Shown here one piece after another: positions 9,277 through 17,671 of a DNA stretch of 64,000 nt. Under the pieces are notes generated by a model, which did not search any database, was not told the origin of the DNA, and saw nothing but the letters and a program-made list of their open reading frames with translations. The first letter of the stretch is position 1, and every line of letters begins with the position of its first letter. Made by a program: the position numbers and the translations under genes. Location: IMG/VR virus record IMGVR_UViG_3300025016_000004, one strand, 5' to 3'. Origin of the DNA: a virus (lineage: Duplodnaviria > Caudoviricetes).

Positions 9277-9345
9277 ACAGGTCAGGCTATGGTAGCCAAA
9301 CGCTCTCCAAAAGCGTAGGACAGAATTCGATTTTCTGGGCTTGTG
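9277..9345 (+). tRNA. trnW: tRNA-Trp(CCA) with a short D-arm
   Basis: ACGCT-CTCCAAA-AGCGT; T-arm present. Confidence 0.75.
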
Positions 9346-9440
9346 CGAAGTGAGTGTCGTCCACGAGATGTACGCCCTAACATTCATTGATTTGTTCGGT
9401 GACAGCCTCGGAATAGGATGTTGAGTAGGGAACGACAAAT

Positions 9441-9513
9441 ACAGATATAGTGTCAATGGCTAACACAACGGGTTCCAACCCCGTAAATCTGGGTTCGAAT
9501 CCTAGTATCTGTG
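9441..9513 (+). tRNA. trnW: tRNA-Trp(CCA)
   Basis: Canonical cloverleaf. Confidence 0.9.
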
Positions 9514-9518
9514 CAAAT

Positions 9519-9600
9519 ACGGATATAGTTCAATGATAGAATGGCCCCAGCGAAGGGGTTGATGGGTTCCTAGGTTTTGGTTTGATTCCCCCTGTCCGTG
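9519..9600 (+). pseudogene. Degenerate tRNA (CGA-like loop)
   Basis: Acceptor and D arms intact; 6-nt anticodon loop; broken T-arm. Confidence 0.5.
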
Positions 9601-9606
9601 CAAATT

Positions 9607-9674
9607 GTGATGATTCTCAGATAGCTATATGGAGAGACATATTTGAATATGGTGGTTCGAAACCACACATCGCA
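9607..9674 (+). pseudogene. Degenerate tRNA-like element
   Basis: GTGG-TTCGAAA-CCAC T-arm; shrunken anticodon arm. Confidence 0.4.
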
Positions 9675-9751
9675 TCAACTACTAACTTATACCGAAAAGT
9701 ATGTAAAGTATCTTGTATATAATATTTACTATACAAATATGTGTTAGACTA

Positions 9752-9841
9752 GGAGAGGTGGCAGAGTGGTCGAATGCGGCAGTCTTGAAAACTGTTGACC
9801 CCTTTCGGGGTCCGTGGGTTCGAATCCCACCCTCTCCACCA
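9752..9841 (+). tRNA. trnS: tRNA-Ser(TGA) with encoded CCA
   Basis: Type II cloverleaf. Confidence 0.92.
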
Positions 9842-9887
9842 GATGTACGTTTTTTGTACTTTACATTATTTTCCCATATTTATATAC

Positions 9888-10541
9888 ATGGGAAGAAAAC
9901 AAAAAAAGTATCATTATATTTATAAGACCGTAAATACATTGAGCGGTAGATATTACATTGGGATGCATTCAACTGATGATTTGAATGATGGTTATCTTGG
10001 TAGTGGAATTAGATTGAGAAGAGCAATTAATAAGCATGGCAAGGAAAATTTTAAAAGAGAAATATTGGAATTTTGTGAATCAAGAGAGTTATTAAAAGAG
10101 CGAGAAATTGAAATTGTTAATTTGAATGAGATAGCCAAGGTTGGATGTATGAATTTGAAAGTTGGTGGTTATGGTGGGTTTATTAGTGATGAACACCAGA
10201 AATTTCGTTCAGAATGTGCAAATAAAGCTTTAAAAGAAAAAAGGGAAAGGGATAAAGACTTCAATAAAGAATGGTTAAAAAAGATGAAAGAGGGGGTTCA
10301 AAAAGCTATGGATAGTGGTAAAATGACTAACATTAAAGATAATTATGATTGGACTGGTAAAACTCATAAAGAAGAAACGAAAAAGAAAATGAGCAAACCT
10401 AAGAATAAAGGTGATAGTAACTCCCAATTTGGGTCTTGTTGGATAACTAATGAAAAAATGAATAAGAAAATAAATCGAGATGACGTTATACCAGAAGGTT
10501 GGCGATTAGGTCGAGTAATGAAAAGTATCATTGGAAGGTGA
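9888..10541 (+). CDS. GIY-YIG (Seg-like) homing endonuclease with NUMOD3
   Basis: YHYIYKT...YYIGMH...GYLGSG; true start at ATG 9888. Confidence 0.85.
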   Translation: MGRKQKKYHYIYKTVNTLSGRYYIGMHSTDDLNDGYLGSGIRLRRAINKHGKENFKREILEFCESRELLKEREIEIVNLNEIAKVGCMNLKVGGYGGFISDEHQKFRSECANKALKEKRERDKDFNKEWLKKMKEGVQKAMDSGKMTNIKDNYDWTGKTHKEETKKKMSKPKNKGDSNSQFGSCWITNEKMNKKINRDDVIPEGWRLGRVMKSIIGR

Positions 10542-10582
10542 TACCTAAACAGTGTGATAATATCGATTAAAGCGCACAGTTT

Positions 10583-10655
10583 TGTAATATAGCTCAGCGG
10601 TCAGAGCAGCCTCCTGATGTGGGGAAAGTCGATGGTTCGAATCCATCTATTACAA
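10583..10655 (+). tRNA. trnI: tRNA-Ile(GAT)
   Basis: Canonical cloverleaf. Confidence 0.88.
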
Positions 10656-10732
10656 CAAACCATCGCAAGATATAGTTGCAACATTTATTGATAATGGTCT
10701 AGAACGTTATCTTTAGATATATCAAACGATGG

Positions 10733-10805
10733 TCCGATGTAGCTCAGTGGTTAGAGCATCCCCCTCAGAAGGGGAAGGTCGGGGGTTCAAATCCCTCTGT
10801 CGGAA
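10733..10805 (+). tRNA. Type I tRNA with anticodon CAG on an Ile/Met-like body
   Basis: TCCCC-CTCAGAA-GGGGA; 5-nt variable loop. Confidence 0.8.
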
Positions 10806-10868
10806 CAAAGTATCATCGGAAGGTGATACCTAAACAGTGTGATAATTACGTATAAAGCGCACAGTTTT

Positions 10869-10940
10869 TGCGAGATAACTCAGAGAGTAGAGTGGCCCCG
10901 TGCAAGGGGAGAGTCGGGGGTTCAAGTCCCTCTCTCGCTA
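10869..10940 (+). pseudogene. Degenerate tRNA (TGC-like loop, no G3:U70)
   Basis: Anticodon loop one base short. Confidence 0.55.
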
Positions 10941-10947
10941 CTAATAT

Positions 10948-11031
10948 TGCGGTGTAGTCAGTAGATGGAAGCTTGCGAGGCTCATAACCTCGTGCCGAAA
11001 GGCCCCACGGGTTCGAGTCCCGTTGCCGCTA
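10948..11031 (+). tRNA. trnM: tRNA-Met(CAT), initiator-like, with an extra variable-arm hairpin
   Basis: 1:72 mismatch; CGAGG-CTCATAA-CCTCG; GCC-GAAA-GGC variable arm. Confidence 0.85.
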
Positions 11032-11037
11032 CTAAAT

Positions 11038-11070
11038 TGCGTTAAAGTGTAAAGGTTGCATTTCGACCAA
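11038..11070 (+). pseudogene. 5' half of a tRNA
   Basis: TGCGTTA-AA-GTGT-AAAGGTT-GCAT. Confidence 0.5.
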
Positions 11071-11130
11071 TAACGTTAAATAATATGAACTTTTACATAA
11101 TTCTTTATATTTATATAAAAAGTTTAAATT

Positions 11131-11760
11131 ATGGAATGTTTAGTGTGCGAGTTAAAATTGGGTAAGGGTAGAAGAAAATTCTGTTCAGATGATTGTAGAA
11201 AACAAAATAGAATTTTACAATATAAAAAAACTGGTAATCCTAATTCTTATTCAAGACAAGTGTCTAAACATAGGTTTCGTAAATTTAATCTTATTGAGTT
11301 ACGTAATAATAAAGGGTGTGAAGAATGTGGTTATATTAAAAATATAAGTGCGTTAGATTTTCATCACTTAGTTCCAAAAGAAAAAGATTTTACGTTAGAT
11401 GCTAGAAATTTAGCTAATAGGGGTTGGGAAGAAATTTTAGTCGAATTTAGTAAATGTAAAATTCTTTGTGCTAACTGCCATAGAGAAGAACATAACCCAG
11501 ATTTAAATTTTAAGGATAGGATTAAATTTGATGAAATTGGTGAAAAAATAAAAAAAGAATCTAAATGTGTGGAATGTAATGTGAAAATTCATAATACCGC
11601 AAGTAGATGTAAAAAATGTTTTGACATGTCAAGACGAAAAAATGATAGACCAAGTAATGTAATATTGCTTGAAGATATTAAAGAATTAGGGTATAGTGGT
11701 ACTGGTAGAAAATATGGTGTTAGTGATAATACTATAAGAAAATGGGTTAAAAACTCATAA
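11131..11760 (+). CDS. HNH homing endonuclease with zinc ribbons and a C-terminal HTH
   Basis: LDFHH...KCKILCANCHREEH; stop lies inside the tRNA anticodon loop. Confidence 0.88.
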   Translation: MECLVCELKLGKGRRKFCSDDCRKQNRILQYKKTGNPNSYSRQVSKHRFRKFNLIELRNNKGCEECGYIKNISALDFHHLVPKEKDFTLDARNLANRGWEEILVEFSKCKILCANCHREEHNPDLNFKDRIKFDEIGEKIKKESKCVECNVKIHNTASRCKKCFDMSRRKNDRPSNVILLEDIKELGYSGTGRKYGVSDNTIRKWVKNS

Positions 11761-11794
11761 ACTCTACGGGGTGGTTCGAATCCACGATACGCTA
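11754..11794 (+). pseudogene. 3' half of tRNA-Met(CAT)
   Basis: CTCATAA...GTGG-TTCGAAT-CCAC...CGCTA. Confidence 0.65.
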
Positions 11795-11892
11795 CTTTGG
11801 AAGTTTAGTAAGTTTTTCCTTAAAAACAACTTACAAATTATATATCGATAAGTAATTGCCTTGATGGTTGGCTGTAAATAAATTATCATTAT

Positions 11893-11979
11893 GGGTGAGT
11901 AGCTCAGTGGGCCAGAGCGGTTGATTGTTAATCAAAGGGCCTTTATAGGTTTACGTGGGTTCGAATCCCACCTTGCCCT
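11893..11979 (+). tRNA. trnN: tRNA-Asn(GTT) with a long variable arm
   Basis: GTTGA-TTGTTAA-TCAAA; 18-nt variable region. Confidence 0.8.
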
Positions 11980-12167
11980 CAAATCTTAATAATTATGGAA
12001 AAATGTAGTTAAAGAATTGGTTCAAAATTTAAGAGCCAGTGGGATTAACGTCACATATTATGATAATCCAAGTAAAGAAAAGATTGAACGTATTAATAAA
12101 CGTTTGGTAGAATTAAGAAAAAGAAATTCCTTTTAGTCCCTGAAGAAATTCAAACTTTAAGGTGCAA

Positions 12168-12193
12168 TCTTCAATAGCTCAGTTGGTTAGAGC
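12168..12193 (+). pseudogene. 5' fragment of a tRNA (Asn-type)
   Basis: TCTTCAA-TA-GCTC-AGTTGGTTA-GAGC. Confidence 0.6.
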
Positions 12194-12199
12194 TAAAAT

Positions 12200-12271
12200 T
12201 CTTCTCTCGTATAAAGGTTATTACGGGTGACTGTTAATCACTTTATCTAGGTTCGAGTCCTAGGGGAAGAG
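12200..12271 (+). tRNA. trnN: tRNA-Asn(GTT)
   Basis: Canonical cloverleaf with G73. Confidence 0.88.
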
Positions 12272-12345
12272 AGTTGTCGATATTAATCCACTTCCACGTA
12301 GTGACAACTGGTAATAGATGAATTCATCTAGCTAGGAGGTTAATA
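12272..12345 (+). ncRNA. HDV-like (theta-type) self-cleaving ribozyme candidate at the tRNA-Asn 3' end
   Basis: P1 AGTTGTC/GACAACT, P2 TATTAATC/GGTTAATA, P3 ACT/AGT, L3 TCCACGT, P1.1 GG, P4 TAGATG/CATCTA, J4/2 GCTA. Confidence 0.72.
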
Positions 12346-12588
12346 AACGTTCATTAAGTATCTTGGTGATTATATCAAGATACTTTTGGGATGTCTTAGG
12401 TTTAACATAAGTTTGGCTACTTGTATCGATAATACATAAATCAATCTTTAAATCATGACAGGCTTTTGATTTAGATATATCATTCTCTTGAATCTTTTGT
12501 AATTTATTGTTACCATATATAGGTTCATAATGAAAGATACCATTGTTTTAGAGTTGTTAAATTCTTCTTGGGTATATAATGGTTTCAT
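12332..12588 (-). pseudogene. Internally deleted PD-(D/E)xK-type endonuclease remnant
   Basis: MKPLYTQEEF... joined out of frame to GIFHYEPIYG..KLQKIQEND. Confidence 0.55.
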
Positions 12589-12632
12589 AAAGTTATTTAT
12601 TTATAAATATGTTAACATTTATAAAAGACGTT

Positions 12633-12652
12633 TTCGAGTCCTAGGGGAAGAG
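12633..12652 (+). repeat. 20-bp duplication of the tRNA-Asn 3' end (other copy at 12252-12271)
   Basis: TTCGAGTCCTAGGGGAAGAG. Confidence 0.85.
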
Positions 12653-12658
12653 CAAAAT

Positions 12659-12746
12659 GGAAGGGTGACAGAGTGGTAATTGTGCCAGTTTGCTAAACTG
12701 AGGCTGGGCGTGAAAACCCACGAGGGTTCGATTCCCTCTCCTTCCG
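12659..12746 (+). tRNA. trnS: tRNA-Ser(GCT)
   Basis: Type II cloverleaf with G73. Confidence 0.92.
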
Positions 12747-12989
12747 CAATTATAATGGAAAATATTCTACTAAAAACACGTTATAGTGGAAAATATTTGT
12801 AAATTATTATAAATTTTACCGTTATAACGGAAAAAATTCTATAAAAAGTGCATTATAATGGTAAAAAATGCAAATTATTGCACTTAAATACCATTATAAC
12901 AGTATAAAGTGCAACTTATTGCACTTAACGATGTATAATATCTCATTCATAGATATTAATATTATAAAATAGTGAATGTCATTCAAATT

Positions 12990-13063
12990 GCCTCCGTAGC
13001 ACAACTGAATAGTGCAACACCCTTCTAAGGTGTCGGTTATAGGTTTGAATCCTATCGGGGGTA
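12990..13063 (+). tRNA. trnR: tRNA-Arg(TCT)
   Basis: Canonical cloverleaf. Confidence 0.9.
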
Positions 13064-13129
13064 CAAATTATGTTTCATAGTCGAATAGTAAGTTTTAACC
13101 TGTCATAGGTGATATGAAACATAACAAAA

Positions 13130-13206
13130 TGGGGTATAACCAGCATGCCTGATACGCATGACCAAGGTAGCGGTTGAAAACGAGGGTTCGAATCCCTCCG
13201 CCCCAA
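13130..13206 (+). ncRNA. Non-canonical tRNA-like RNA, no D-arm, anticodon GAT
   Basis: CATGC-CTGATAC-GCATG; long 3' segment containing TAGCGG; intact T-arm. Confidence 0.65.
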
Positions 13207-13212
13207 CAAAAT

Positions 13213-13301
13213 GCTGGTGTAGCGGTGGGAGCTTATATCTCCTATACCCGTAGAGGTTCTTGAGATAGCATCAAACAAGGGTTCGAACCCCTTCTCCAGT
13301 A
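13213..13301 (+). ncRNA. tRNA-like RNA with an expanded ~20-nt anticodon loop
   Basis: TATCTC/GAGATA stem; T-arm AAGGG-TTCGAAC-CCCTT. Confidence 0.5.
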
Positions 13302-13306
13302 CAAAC

Positions 13307-13383
13307 GGGTCCATATCGGCTCTGGCTCATAACCAGTTGAAACCGTAATTGGTCACATGTGGGTTCGATTCCCTCTGGGCCCA
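13307..13383 (+). ncRNA. Non-canonical tRNA-like RNA, no D-arm, anticodon CAT
   Basis: CTGG-CTCATAA-CCAG; CCGTAATTGG segment; T-arm. Confidence 0.65.
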
Positions 13384-13425
13384 CTTTATTAAATTTGTTG
13401 ATATTTATATAAAAACAATATAAAT

Positions 13426-14028
13426 ATGGCAAATTTAAAAATTTCTGAAGAAGAATTTAAAACAGCAGCTGACTTAATCGGTTGTGAAGTAGCAGTTATA
13501 AAAGCTGTTGCAAAGATTGAAAGTAACGGAAGCGGTTTCAATGCAGATGGTACCCCAAAAACACTTTTTGAGGGACATTGGTTTCATAAATTAACAGATG
13601 GTAAGTACTCAAACGATTCTAGATATGAATCTATTTCATACGCAAAATGGACTCGTAAGTGGTATGGCAATCAAATAGTTGAAAAACAAAGATTAGATTT
13701 AGCTGGTTCTTTGGATAGAGATGCAGCGTTACAATCAGCAAGTTGGGGGGCATTTCAAATTATGGGATTCAATTATAAGTTATGTGGATTTAATACAGTT
13801 CAAGAATTCATTAATGCAATGTATAAAGGTGAGGGTACGCAATTATTAGCTTTTATAAATTTCGTTAAATCTAAAAAATTAGATGATGAATTACGTGATA
13901 AAGATTGGGCCAAATTCGCTTACTACTACAATGGTTCAGGTTATGCAATAAATAAGTATGACGAGAAAATGAAAGCGGCTTACATAAAATTTAAAGCTGA
14001 AGAGGTGGAAGAATTAAAAAAAAAGTAA
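13426..14028 (+). CDS. Endolysin, N-acetylmuramidase (DUF3380-like)
   Basis: AVAKIESNG..F...PKTLFEGH; SASWGAFQIMGFN; YNGSGY. Confidence 0.88.
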   Translation: MANLKISEEEFKTAADLIGCEVAVIKAVAKIESNGSGFNADGTPKTLFEGHWFHKLTDGKYSNDSRYESISYAKWTRKWYGNQIVEKQRLDLAGSLDRDAALQSASWGAFQIMGFNYKLCGFNTVQEFINAMYKGEGTQLLAFINFVKSKKLDDELRDKDWAKFAYYYNGSGYAINKYDEKMKAAYIKFKAEEVEELKKK

Positions 14029-14256
14029 AAGCGAAAGCTGAAGCTTTAATTATTGTTAAACCAAATGTTAATTGGATTAAAAAATTCTGGGAATCAATAT
14101 ATAATTGGAAAAGATAGAAATATAAGTGGAATCAAAAATTAGATAGAATAGTAAATTTTGATGATAATAAAAATAATTCAATCAGAATTCTATACCTGTT
14201 AAAATAAAAAGATAAAAATACTTTGTTTTTTAAAAAACATTTCGTATATTTGCATC

Positions 14257-14448
14257 ATGAGAATAAAAGAAGATTGTCAAGTAATTTATTTGGATAAGGA
14301 TGATTTAACAGCACATGGAGCTATTATGGTCTTTGATGACGTAGGTCTTTTTGATTTTATATTCACAACTAAAAGCCCTATCTTGAAGGCTGATATAGTT
14401 ATCTTCAAAAATAATGGTAAATACAGAGTATTAAAAAGTAGATATTAA
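14257..14448 (+). CDS. Hypothetical protein
   Basis: ORF track; upstream promoter motif. Confidence 0.55.
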   Translation: MRIKEDCQVIYLDKDDLTAHGAIMVFDDVGLFDFIFTTKSPILKADIVIFKNNGKYRVLKSRY

Positions 14449-14519
14449 AATGATAATAATTAAATACGTAACTTTAAAAAAACATGAGCGATTTTAGGTA
14501 CACCTAAAATTAATCATGA

Positions 14520-14756
14520 ATGAAAAAAGTAAAACAAAGTAAAAAAAGATGGGCTTGGACTGAGGCGCAAATAAGAAGATATTGGTCAAGAGGTAGTTGG
14601 TATACACCACCAAGTTGGTTTAGAGAAAATTATCATAGAGCTAACAGGGCATATGAAAGAGCTAAAATAAACAAAATTTTAAATGGTCATATCGATGAGG
14701 ATTCTTACATAGGAACCAAATATCACCCTAGTAGTGCTAAATGGGACTGGACATGA
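14520..14756 (+). CDS. Small basic hypothetical protein
   Basis: ORF track. Confidence 0.6.
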   Translation: MKKVKQSKKRWAWTEAQIRRYWSRGSWYTPPSWFRENYHRANRAYERAKINKILNGHIDEDSYIGTKYHPSSAKWDWT

Positions 14757-14971
14757 GCATCCATCGAAACCGAGCCAAATTTAATAAGGCTTTAACCAGT
14801 ATGGAATATACTAGGTTAATGAAAATGGAAAATGTTTATTGCATAATCTGTGTAAAAAGAGCTGGTAATTATAACGCATCATGTCACCCATCAGTATTCA
14901 ACCCTAGAGGTTGGAGGTGGCGTAGAAAAAGAAATTGGAAAAATAAAAGAAAAACACAATGGAAAAATTAA
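14741..14971 (+). CDS. Small basic hypothetical protein
   Basis: ORF track. Confidence 0.5.
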   Translation: MGLDMSIHRNRAKFNKALTSMEYTRLMKMENVYCIICVKRAGNYNASCHPSVFNPRGWRWRRKRNWKNKRKTQWKN

Positions 14972-15008
14972 TAGATAACACTTCATAGGATTCAATTGCG
15001 ACAAGTAA

Positions 15009-15251
15009 TTGAAGAGTATGAATGCCAAATTAAGAATATGGAGAGTAGTGCCTACCAGTAAGACTGGTGCCAAAGCTCCCTACTTCTTTGTAGAAACAGA
15101 GAAGTTCGAATTGGAAGACGCAGTGATAGAAGCTAATAATTTAGCTAAACAAAACTGCACTTTATCTAGGTTTGATAACTGGAATTTTTCCGTTACCAAA
15201 CAAAGGGTGAGAAAGGATGTTTTAGGAAGATACTGGAAGTATCACCAATAA
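15009..15251 (+). CDS. Hypothetical protein
   Basis: ORF track. Confidence 0.6.
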   Translation: MKSMNAKLRIWRVVPTSKTGAKAPYFFVETEKFELEDAVIEANNLAKQNCTLSRFDNWNFSVTKQRVRKDVLGRYWKYHQ

Positions 15252-15465
15252 AATGTCAGACTGGGTGGGGCAAACCAGCTAAAAAACCCCCGATATTAAA
15301 CAGGTAATATTCCTGAGTAAGTGTGGCGGTGAAACATCTACCATAAGTGTATCTACAAATACTCCACTCTCAGGGTCTGTTTTTTTATGATAAATATAAG
15401 AGAATTTGGTAAAAGTCGTTTTCGAATCCCATTCTCTCTGCTTAACATTTTTAAAAAAGTTTTAA

Positions 15466-15954
15466 ATGAAAGTATTAAAAGAATTTAAAGAACCAACAAA
15501 TGTAGTGATTACAGGTCAATGGGTAGGTGGCGAAGTTGAACCATCATTATCAATTACTGATGATGAATGTATATTAACAGTTAGAAATTTCAAAGGTAAA
15601 AAATTTAATTTAGCAGCATTAGGTAGTATTACGATATTAACCGAAGAACAATTTAATTGGTTTATAGATTCTGACCATTATAAAATGTATTGTGATGATG
15701 ATTTTGGTAATATTGAAGATATGTACATACCCATTAAAGGTTATGTTGGTAATATTGAAGCGGTTGGGGTTACATATGATGGTGATGAGACTGTAGAATG
15801 GGAAATTGAAGATTATTTCTATCACCAAGTTGAAGATGCAAACCTCATACTTGATATTAAAGGTGAATACAATTTCGATTCTATGAATGTGAATGAAGCT
15901 AAGAAGTTTTTGAAGTCTAATGAAATAAGTAAGACTATGATTAATAAACTATGA
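15466..15954 (+). CDS. Acidic hypothetical protein
   Basis: ORF track. Confidence 0.65.
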   Translation: MKVLKEFKEPTNVVITGQWVGGEVEPSLSITDDECILTVRNFKGKKFNLAALGSITILTEEQFNWFIDSDHYKMYCDDDFGNIEDMYIPIKGYVGNIEAVGVTYDGDETVEWEIEDYFYHQVEDANLILDIKGEYNFDSMNVNEAKKFLKSNEISKTMINKL

Positions 15955-16277
15955 CCAACATTAGAAGAAAAGATTAACATCCTTGAGAGAAAAATAGAAA
16001 TCCAAGCGCAACAAATATCGCAACTTTCAAACGCAGTTGATTGGTGTGAAAGAAATATAAAATTAAATTAAGATATAGTAATAGTGAAATTTGGACTGAA
16101 TCAACCAAAGATAAAACAATAGCTAAATTAAAGGATAATGGTGATATAATCAAAATCAAAATCAATGATAAAAAAATTGAATTAGATTATGATGAATTTC
16201 TTGAATTACTAACTATTATGGAAATTAAAAAAAGTAGTGATAAACAATTAAATATAGGCCAAAGTTGGTCTTAATAT

Positions 16278-16313
16278 TACAAGATAGAGCAGAGGTAGTT
16301 TGCGGGACTCATA
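16278..16313 (+). pseudogene. 5' half of an initiator-like tRNA-Met
   Basis: TACAAGA-TA-GAGC-AGAGGTA-GTTT-G-CGGGA-CTCATA. Confidence 0.6.
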
Positions 16314-16328
16314 CAGTTTTAAAAGACT

Positions 16329-16517
16329 ATGAAAAATTATAAATTAGAAAGATTAATGAATGGTGAATCATTCATCACACATGAAAAAGGAAATTCAATG
16401 GTACCACTGATTAAATCAGGACAAGACCATAAATTGGAACCATGTACAATCGATGAAGTGGGTATAAACGACATTGTTTATTGTAAAGTGAAGGGTAAGT
16501 TTTATAAAGGAGCGTAA
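16329..16517 (+). pseudogene. S24/S26 peptidase-like gene truncated by a MITE
   Basis: KGNSMVPLIKSG...DIVYCKVKGKFY, then MITE sequence. Confidence 0.6.
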
Positions 16518-16554
16518 AACCCATTCATCGCTTTAGCGTGGGTGGGTAGTTCAC
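16506..16554 (+). mobile_element. IS200/IS605-derived mini-MITE
   Basis: TTTAT 5' flank; ends in GTAGTTCAC. Confidence 0.82.
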
Positions 16555-16588
16555 ATAGTCCAGATAAAGTTCATACCCACACTTAAAT

Positions 16589-16656
16589 TGGGATAGTTAT
16601 AGGAATACACCATAGGCTCATATCCAGTGGCAAGGCGGTTCGACTCCGCTTATCCC
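16589..16656 (+). tRNA. Degenerate tRNA-Met(CAT)-like gene
   Basis: TGGGATA/TATCCCA acceptor; CT-CAT-AT loop; T-arm; reduced D-arm. Confidence 0.5.
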
Positions 16657-16702
16657 AACAAACACTTTTCAAAATTATTTTATATTTATATAAAAACATA
16701 TT

Positions 16703-17098
16703 ATGGAAAAGTTTATGAAATATTGGCAATTGATTGTAGGTGTACTTGGCGGTACATTAATAGCTGTGTTTGGATGGTTTTATACCCAAGGTCAACAAAG
16801 CAAAGAGTACGAAGGTAGAACATTTGATACCCCAGAACAAAAAGTTTATACAGTTAAAAAAGTAGAAAATTTACCAAGTCCAAAAGAAGAATGGCAAAAA
16901 TATTATTTAGATAGTATAAATAATGTTAGTGCAATTAAATCTAGAAAGGTGAGGGATTCTTTAATGATAGTAGAAAGAAAAGCTAGAGAATATACAGATT
17001 CAATTAATTTATTAAATGCCGACCAGTTGTATCAAACAAAAGAAGAAGTAAAACAAATAAAAAGCGTTTTACAACGATTAGAAAATAGAAGTAATTAA
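16703..17098 (+). CDS. Membrane-anchored coiled-coil protein
   Basis: N-terminal TM helix. Confidence 0.65.
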   Translation: MEKFMKYWQLIVGVLGGTLIAVFGWFYTQGQQSKEYEGRTFDTPEQKVYTVKKVENLPSPKEEWQKYYLDSINNVSAIKSRKVRDSLMIVERKAREYTDSINLLNADQLYQTKEEVKQIKSVLQRLENRSN

Positions 17099-17180
17099 TT
17101 GCGCTTCCCAACGACAGTTTACGGTATTTATTGATTATAGGTGATTTAGATTTATACTATTGCGATGAAGGAAAATAAAC

Positions 17181-17252
17181 GGACTTGTAGTTTAATTGGA
17201 AAAATCTGGCTTTCCTAAAGCTAAGACCTCAGTTCGACTCTGGGCGAGTTCA
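17181..17252 (+). tRNA. trnR: tRNA-Arg(CCT), followed by a 3'-half tRNA remnant
   Basis: TGGCT-TTCCTAA-AGCTA; extra T-arm at ~17262-17288. Confidence 0.75.
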
Positions 17253-17308
17253 CAACTCTAGATTCAGGTTCGAAGCCTGATGGAGTCACTAATATTAACA
17301 AAGTTTTT

Positions 17309-17611
17309 ATGAAGAAAAAAATTTTCTATAGGGTGGGTAATATTACCACTAATCAGGGGTTATGGTATAATATAGATGGTGAGTTCACAGGTCTTATTCA
17401 TAAAGAATTTAATTTTTGTAGAAATAATCTATTACCGATGCCATTTGATGAAAACATTATTGGTTATTTATCGTGTACTGATACATTAGAAAATTTATTT
17501 GAATGGTTTCCAAAAGAGGATATCGTTAGATTAGAAGAACATGGGTATTATCTTAGGGTTTATGAGTCAAAAGATTATAAATTTTACAATAACCATTGGA
17601 TATTTAATTAA
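17309..17611 (+). CDS. Hypothetical protein
   Basis: ORF track. Confidence 0.6.
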   Translation: MKKKIFYRVGNITTNQGLWYNIDGEFTGLIHKEFNFCRNNLLPMPFDENIIGYLSCTDTLENLFEWFPKEDIVRLEEHGYYLRVYESKDYKFYNNHWIFN

Positions 17612-17671
17612 TATAATGCAAAACTAATAAAAACGATTCCAATGGAATTACTTAAAACAAATTAATGAAAT

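Larger units (their letters stand above)
10522..10868 (+). repeat. Two ~62-bp direct repeats (10522-10583 and 10807-10868), each just upstream of a tRNA
   Basis: AAAGTATCATYGGAAGGTGATACCTAAACAGTGTGATAA...TAAAGCGCACAGTTTT. Confidence 0.85.

Noticed and set aside
9346-9440. Second HDV-like ribozyme after tRNA-Trp (contains TCCACG)
   Set aside because: P1 pairs poorly, and the GG for P1.1 and a P2 partner are missing; kept only as a structured spacer.
9259-9456. Track ORFs overlapping tRNA genes (also 9713, 13075, 43832, 44511, 48681, 60104, 60407, 62152, and the 5' extensions of 9795, 46862, 48742)
   Set aside because: They are translations of tRNA sequence; real starts lie downstream where present.
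15320-15385. Hammerhead-like words CTGAGTA...GAAA
   Set aside because: The core deviates from CUGANGA and no convincing stems II/III form.
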